A stretch of DNA of 39,782 nucleotides, taken from assembly GCA_964350345.1 (NCBI GenBank), contig CAYGKH010000003.1, positions 1 to 39,782 of the forward strand. The letters run 5' to 3'. Origin of the DNA: an uncultured Coriobacteriaceae bacterium (GTDB lineage Bacteria > Actinomycetota > Coriobacteriia > Anaerosomatales > SLCP01). Position 1 is the first letter of the stretch, and the number at the start of each line of letters is the position of its first letter. The position numbers were made by a program, and so were the translations under genes. Of the stretch, positions 35,314 through 39,782 are shown one piece after another. The notes below the pieces were generated by a model, which worked only from the letters and a program-made list of their open reading frames with translations, had not been told where the DNA came from and did not search any database.

Positions 35314-36609
35314 GTGCTCCTTCACGCCGACTGGGTCCTCCCGATCGCATCTCCTCCCATCCGTGACGGAGCGGTCGTCACGAAAGGTCACCACATCGCA
35401 GCAGTCGGCACACGTGAAGAACTCGTCCGCGCGTATCCTACCGAGCCGATAACGCGTCACGACGGGTGCGTGATGCTGCCCGGACTCGTCAACGGCCACA
35501 CGCACCTCGCCCTCACCGCGCTGCACGAGATCCTGCCCTCTGCCCCCTTCCACGAGTGGGTTGCTCTCCTCGTCCGGGCGATGCGCGCGCTGACCGACGA
35601 CGACCTTGCGGTCTCCTCGGTGCTAGGCGCCCACCGTGCGATCGCCTCCGGCACTACGGTCGTCGGTGAGGTCGCCTACGGCCCCGAATCGCCCGCGATC
35701 GCGGCGGACACCGGCCTGGGAGGCACTTTCTTCTGGGAGGTTCTCGGCATCGCCGCCGACGACCTCGACAAGCAACTCAAATCGCTCGAGTATCCCAGTG
35801 ACCCGGAGCGCTACGAATCAGCCAGGCAACGCCATGGCCTGACCGCTCACTCCCCGTATACATCCGGACCCGGACTGCTCGCTGCGGTCCACGGACACGC
35901 AATAGGGCACAACACCGGCTTCGCGATCCACGTGGCCGAATCCCCGGCGGAGGTCGAGCTTCTCCGTGACGGCACAGGCCCCCTCGCCGATATCGCAACC
36001 CGAACTGCGACCGGTTTTACCGCCCCGGGGGTCTCTCCCGTTCGCTACCTGGCCGACCTCGGTGTCCTCGACAGAGCACTTGCTGTCCACTGCGCGGAGA
36101 TCCTGCCCATCGATGCACCACTGCTGGCCTCGCATGCCGCAGGTGCCGTACTCTGCCCGCGTTCCAATGCGTTCCTCCATGTCGGTCCGGCGCCCGTGGA
36201 CAGCCTGCTGCGCTCGGGCGTCACGTTGGCGCTAGGTACCGACTCGCTGGCCAGCAACCACGATCTCGACCTGTTCGCCGAAGCGCGCGCACTCAAGAAG
36301 CGGTCGTCGCTACTGTCGGACGAACGTATCATCACGATGATGACTGCCGAGGGAGCGCGTGCCCTCGGGCTCGACGACATGTTCGGGACACTTGGGGCCG
36401 GAAAACAGGCAGACCTTGCAGTGTTTCGGGTCGACGGCGGAAGCGATCCCTATGCCGCCCTCGTCGACCAGGGCGGCCGCAGCACGGTCGTCGCAGTGAT
36501 GACTGCTGGATTGTGGCGAGTACTCAACGGCCAGGCGACTTTCCCTTCGCGATTCGCCGAGAGTGCCGTCCGTCATGCGGCGGTCCGTGCAGCGATCGCG
36601 ATCCAGTGA
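35314..36609 (+). CDS. Amidohydrolase-superfamily nucleoside deaminase (aminodeoxyfutalosine / MTA / 5'-deoxyadenosine deaminase-like)
   Basis: Metal-ligand motifs GLVNGHTHL (HxH), HVAES, AVHC and LGTDSLASN, as in the cog0402 MtaD/guanine-deaminase group. GTG start 2 nt after the upstream stop. Confidence 0.78.
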   Translation: MLLHADWVLPIASPPIRDGAVVTKGHHIAAVGTREELVRAYPTEPITRHDGCVMLPGLVNGHTHLALTALHEILPSAPFHEWVALLVRAMRALTDDDLAVSSVLGAHRAIASGTTVVGEVAYGPESPAIAADTGLGGTFFWEVLGIAADDLDKQLKSLEYPSDPERYESARQRHGLTAHSPYTSGPGLLAAVHGHAIGHNTGFAIHVAESPAEVELLRDGTGPLADIATRTATGFTAPGVSPVRYLADLGVLDRALAVHCAEILPIDAPLLASHAAGAVLCPRSNAFLHVGPAPVDSLLRSGVTLALGTDSLASNHDLDLFAEARALKKRSSLLSDERIITMMTAEGARALGLDDMFGTLGAGKQADLAVFRVDGGSDPYAALVDQGGRSTVVAVMTAGLWRVLNGQATFPSRFAESAVRHAAVRAAIAIQ

Positions 36610-36635
36610 ACCCCTGCGTGATCCCCGGTACGGAA

Positions 36636-36669
36636 GCGGCCCGGACCTCCATCGGAGGATTCGGGCCGC
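36636..36669. terminator. GC-rich hairpin between convergent operons (candidate bidirectional terminator)
   Basis: GCGGCCCG-GA-CCTCC / loop ATC / GGAGG-ATT-CGGGCCGC, lying between the deaminase stop (36609) and the livF stop (36692). No clear U-tract. Confidence 0.45.
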
Positions 36670-36691
36670 GGTTCACTGAAGCTTGCTGGTA

Positions 36692-37399
36692 CTAGATCTC
36701 CCCAAGATAGGTCTTGCGCACCTGCTCGTTGCGGAGCAACTCAGTGCCGGTGCCCTGCAGTGCGACCGAACCGGTCTCGAGAACGTAGCCGCGATGTGCA
36801 ACCTGAAGTGCCATCGCCGCGTTCTGCTCGACGAGCAGGATCGTGATACCGGCCTCGTTCAGCCTCTTGATCGTCTCGAAAATAATCTCGACGATGACGG
36901 GCGCAAGACCCATCGACGGCTCATCGAGCATCAGGAGCTTGGGCTGCGCCATCATGCCCCGCGCGATCGCGAGCATCTGCTGCTCCCCACCTGAGAGCGT
37001 TCCGCCCTTCTGAGTGATCCGCTCCCTCAGCCGCGGGAAAAGCTCAAGGACCCTCTCGCGGTCCGCAGCGATGCCATCCTTGTCGGTCCGCAGGAACGCG
37101 CCCATCTCAAGGTTCTCGCGAACCGTCATATGCGGGAAGATGCGTCGCCCTTCGGGTACCTGGATGACCTGTTTGGCGGTGACCGTATGGGAGGGTAGAC
37201 CTGATATCGTCTCACCGAGGAAATCGATCGAGCCGTGAAGCGGCTTGAGCTGTCCGGAGATCGTCTTGAGGGTCGTGGACTTGCCGGCGCCATTGGCGCC
37301 GATAAGCGTGACGATCTCACCCTCCGTCACTTCGATGCTGATTCCCTTCAGGGCCTCGATCTTGCCGTAGAAGGTATGGATGTCGTTGACTTTGAGCAC
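36692..37399 (-). CDS. livF: Branched-chain amino acid ABC transporter ATP-binding protein LivF
   Basis: VLKVNDIHTFYGKIEALKGIS, Walker A GANGAGKSTT, signature LSGGEQQMLAIARG, Walker B LLMLDEPS. GTG 37399 (GGAGG 8 nt upstream, in frame, 14 nt after the livG stop). The track's upstream 45 codons overlap livG. Confidence 0.9.
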   Translation of the reverse strand: MLKVNDIHTFYGKIEALKGISIEVTEGEIVTLIGANGAGKSTTLKTISGQLKPLHGSIDFLGETISGLPSHTVTAKQVIQVPEGRRIFPHMTVRENLEMGAFLRTDKDGIAADRERVLELFPRLRERITQKGGTLSGGEQQMLAIARGMMAQPKLLMLDEPSMGLAPVIVEIIFETIKRLNEAGITILLVEQNAAMALQVAHRGYVLETGSVALQGTGTELLRNEQVRKTYLGEI

Positions 37400-37412
37400 T
37401 TCGGAAGCCTCC

Positions 37413-38195
37413 CTAACCCTCAGCCATGAGCGCTTCTGCGCCACTGCCCAGATACGCCTCGATGACCTTCGGGTTGCGCTGGATCTCCTCGGGCTTGCCC
37501 TCGGCGATCTTCTCACCGAAGTCGAGGACCGCAATACGGTCCGCGATACCCATGACGACCTTCATGTCGTGCTCGATGAGGAGCACCGTGATGCCGATCT
37601 CCCGGATCTTGCCGATAAGCCTGGTGAGCGATGCCGTCTCTTGCGGGTTCATCCCCGCCGCAGGCTCATCAAGGAGGATCAGCTTGGGTTCGGTCGCGAG
37701 AGCGCGCGCGACCTCGAGCTTGCGCTGCTCGCCGTAGGGTAGGTTAATCGCGAGTTCGTTCGCCTTGTCCTCGAGCCCGACGAAGCGCAGCCACTTCCGC
37801 GACTCGTCTACAGTGTGCTGCTCTTCCCGCTTGAAGTTGGGGGTCCGCAGCACCGACATAGCCGGCGTAGCCTTCGTGCGCGTGTGACGCGCGACCATGC
37901 AGTTCTCCAGCGTCGTCATATTCGCGAACAAGCGGATGTTCTGGAACGTTCGCGCCACGCCCATGATGCAGATGCGATGCGCCTTCTTGCCGATCAGCGA
38001 GGTGCCAGCGAAATTGATGGAGCCCTCAGTGGGCTTATAGATACCGGTCAGCAGATTGAACAGCGTGGTCTTACCCGCGCCGTTAGGACCGATGAGCGCG
38101 ACAATCTCACCCTCGTCGACGTGGAAGTTCACGTCCGAGAGAGCCTTGAGACCACCGAACTGCATCGTCAGGTTTTCGACCTTTAGCATTGCCAT
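37413..38195 (-). CDS. livG: Branched-chain amino acid ABC transporter ATP-binding protein LivG
   Basis: LKVENLTMQFGGLKAL, Walker A GPNGAGKTTLFN, signature LPYGEQRKLEVARAL, Walker B LILLDEPAAG. Confidence 0.92.
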   Translation of the reverse strand: MAMLKVENLTMQFGGLKALSDVNFHVDEGEIVALIGPNGAGKTTLFNLLTGIYKPTEGSINFAGTSLIGKKAHRICIMGVARTFQNIRLFANMTTLENCMVARHTRTKATPAMSVLRTPNFKREEQHTVDESRKWLRFVGLEDKANELAINLPYGEQRKLEVARALATEPKLILLDEPAAGMNPQETASLTRLIGKIREIGITVLLIEHDMKVVMGIADRIAVLDFGEKIAEGKPEEIQRNPKVIEAYLGSGAEALMAEG

Positions 38196-38221
38196 GCCGC
38201 GTCAGCGCCTTTCGTCCGCGA

Positions 38222-39439
38222 CTAGAAATTGTCGCTATCCGTGTCGAGCTTGTGCTCGGCCTCCCAGAGCTCCTGGTTCTCCTGCGCAAGAACGTGCGCA
38301 TCCACAGGATGAAGCTCGCGTGCGCGCCGCTTCGAAGGCAGGATGCCCTGCGGTCTAAGCGCCATCATTGCGACCATGAGACCGCCGAAGATGAGGAACC
38401 GGTAGTCGCCCACGAGGGACGCCTGCTCGGGAGTGAGCACCCCACTCAGTGCCGGCGATGCGGCCGCGGCCCGGATGACCTCAGGCAGGGCGGTGATGAG
38501 CACCGCACCGAGAATGGTACCCGGGATCGAGCCCATCCCGCCGAGAACAACCATGCAGACCACGAGTACCGACTCCATGAAGTTAAACGACTCGGGGCTG
38601 ATGAATCCGACCCAGTACGCGTACGTGTGACCAGCGATACCGCCCCACGCCGCACCGAGCGCGAACGCCCAGAGCTTTGTGGTGAGGATGTTCACGCCGA
38701 CCGAAGCAGCCGCGACCTCATCCTCGCGCATGGCAACCCACGCACGTCCGAGGCGAGAGTTGTCCAGGCGAGTGATCACCATGATCGCGAAGAGCACGAG
38801 CGCAACGATGATGTAGTACCAGTAGAGATCCTTGGAGAACAGAAAGTTGCCCATGGAGAGGTTCTCCCTCACCCACTCCTGGCCGGCCACGGGCGGCACG
38901 TTCTGTCCGATGGCCGGAAGACCGGAAGCGCCGTTCGTGATTGACCCGATATTGTTCGTGATCGCGATGCGGACGATCTCGCCGAAGCCGAGTGTGACGA
39001 TCGCCAAATAGTCTCCGCGAAGCCGCAGCACGGGCCCGCCGATCATGATGCCCGCGATCGCTCCGGGTACTGCCGCGAACGGCAACAACATCCAGTACGT
39101 CCAGTTCTCGGGTTTCTCACCGAGGAACCCGAGCCCCATCAGCAGCTCCTGCAGGAGGAACCCGAGGTTCATACCTGCGTACGCCCCGACCGCGTAAAAC
39201 GCGATATAACCGAGGTTCAGTAGTCCCGCGTACCCCACGACGATGTTGAGGCCGAGGGCGAGCAGCACGTAGATGCCCACGAGCGCGAAGATGCGCACCA
39301 TGAACGCGTTGCCGACCGCCTGGAAGTAGATCGGCATGAAGAGGGTGAACAGCGCCAACACGAAGAGAAAACCGATCTTGCCGGGCCTCGTCGCGAAGAA
39401 GCCGGTGACGCTGTGGAGTCCGTTTCGTATCGCAGTCAT
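38222..39439 (-). CDS. livM: Branched-chain amino acid ABC transporter permease LivM
   Basis: About 10 TM helices. LLALGLNIVVGYAGLLNLGYIAFYAVGAY and LRGDYLAIVTLGFGEI motifs typical of LivM. Confidence 0.9.
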   Translation of the reverse strand: MTAIRNGLHSVTGFFATRPGKIGFLFVLALFTLFMPIYFQAVGNAFMVRIFALVGIYVLLALGLNIVVGYAGLLNLGYIAFYAVGAYAGMNLGFLLQELLMGLGFLGEKPENWTYWMLLPFAAVPGAIAGIMIGGPVLRLRGDYLAIVTLGFGEIVRIAITNNIGSITNGASGLPAIGQNVPPVAGQEWVRENLSMGNFLFSKDLYWYYIIVALVLFAIMVITRLDNSRLGRAWVAMREDEVAAASVGVNILTTKLWAFALGAAWGGIAGHTYAYWVGFISPESFNFMESVLVVCMVVLGGMGSIPGTILGAVLITALPEVIRAAAASPALSGVLTPEQASLVGDYRFLIFGGLMVAMMALRPQGILPSKRRARELHPVDAHVLAQENQELWEAEHKLDTDSDNF

Positions 39440-39442
39440 TAG

Positions 39443-39782
39443 CTACACCTTCTCCGCAACGGACTCACCCAGAAGTCCTCCGGGTTTAAAGATCAGCACG
39501 ACGATAAGGATGCCGAAGGCGATGACGTCCTTGTAGCCGGTGCTGATGTATGCGGCCGCCAGTGATTCGAGCAAACCGAGCAGGAAGCCGCCGAGCATGG
39601 CCCCGCGCACGTTACCGATACCACCGATGACCGCCGCTGTGAACGACTTGATGCCGGGGATGAACCCCATGTTGTACTTGATGTTGCCGTAGTACATGCC
39701 GGAGAAGATACCGGCAGCGCCACCGAGTGCCGGCCCGATGAAGAAGGTCAGCGCGATGACGCGGTTGATGTCGATTCCCATG
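39443..39782 (-). CDS. livH: Branched-chain amino acid ABC transporter permease LivH (C-terminal part; 5' end lies beyond the window)
   Basis: GIDINRVIALTFFIGPALGGAAG...FTAAVIGGIGNVRGAMLGGFLLGLLE...IVVLIFKPGGLLG is a typical LivH C-terminus. The stop lies 3 nt before the livM start. Confidence 0.88.
   Translation of the reverse strand, partial: MGIDINRVIALTFFIGPALGGAAGIFSGMYYGNIKYNMGFIPGIKSFTAAVIGGIGNVRGAMLGGFLLGLLESLAAAYISTGYKDVIAFGILIVVLIFKPGGLLGESVAEKV

Noticed and set aside
1-39782. Search for CRISPR arrays, rRNA or tRNA genes, IS elements and long direct or inverted repeats
   Set aside because: Reading the window revealed none. Non-coding space is limited to short spacers of at most about 235 nt.

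Overview
High-GC (about 65-70%) chromosomal segment with actinobacterial-type synteny. It is almost fully coding, and most genes lie on the minus strand and are translationally coupled through ATGA/GTGA overlaps. All calls come from reading the ORF translations and motifs by eye; no database search was run. Contents from left to right: (1) a partial DUF4129-like gene that is absent from the ORF track, a polytopic membrane protein, birA and dedA. (2) A co-directional cofactor gene train: nadA-nadB-nadC, panB-panC and folE-folP-folK, with no folB. (3) A roughly 10.4 kb module (11.2-21.5 kb) between folE and ftsH. It holds a soluble GAF histidine kinase, a NarL-type regulator and a monoderm-type Tad/Flp pilus locus (two flp pilins, tadE-like, tadG-like, cpaB, tadZ, tadA, a VWA-TadB fusion, tadC). 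No secretin or prepilin peptidase is present. (4) ftsH and an in-frame tilS-hpt fusion. (5) An OpuC-like osmoprotectant ABC transporter. (6) The only plus-strand operon: ugd, mqnE, mqnA, mqnC, a divergent MTAP-family enzyme and an amidohydrolase deaminase (futalosine route to menaquinone; no mqnB, mtnN or mqnD in the window). (7) livF-livG-livM and a partial livH. No rRNA, tRNA, CRISPR array, transposase or integrase was recognised. The most interesting candidates are the MTAP-like/deaminase pair, which may stand in for the missing futalosine-cleavage step, and the extracytoplasmic VWA domain fused to the TadB platform protein. Start codons I moved inward from the ORF track were each checked for frame against the track's endpoints.
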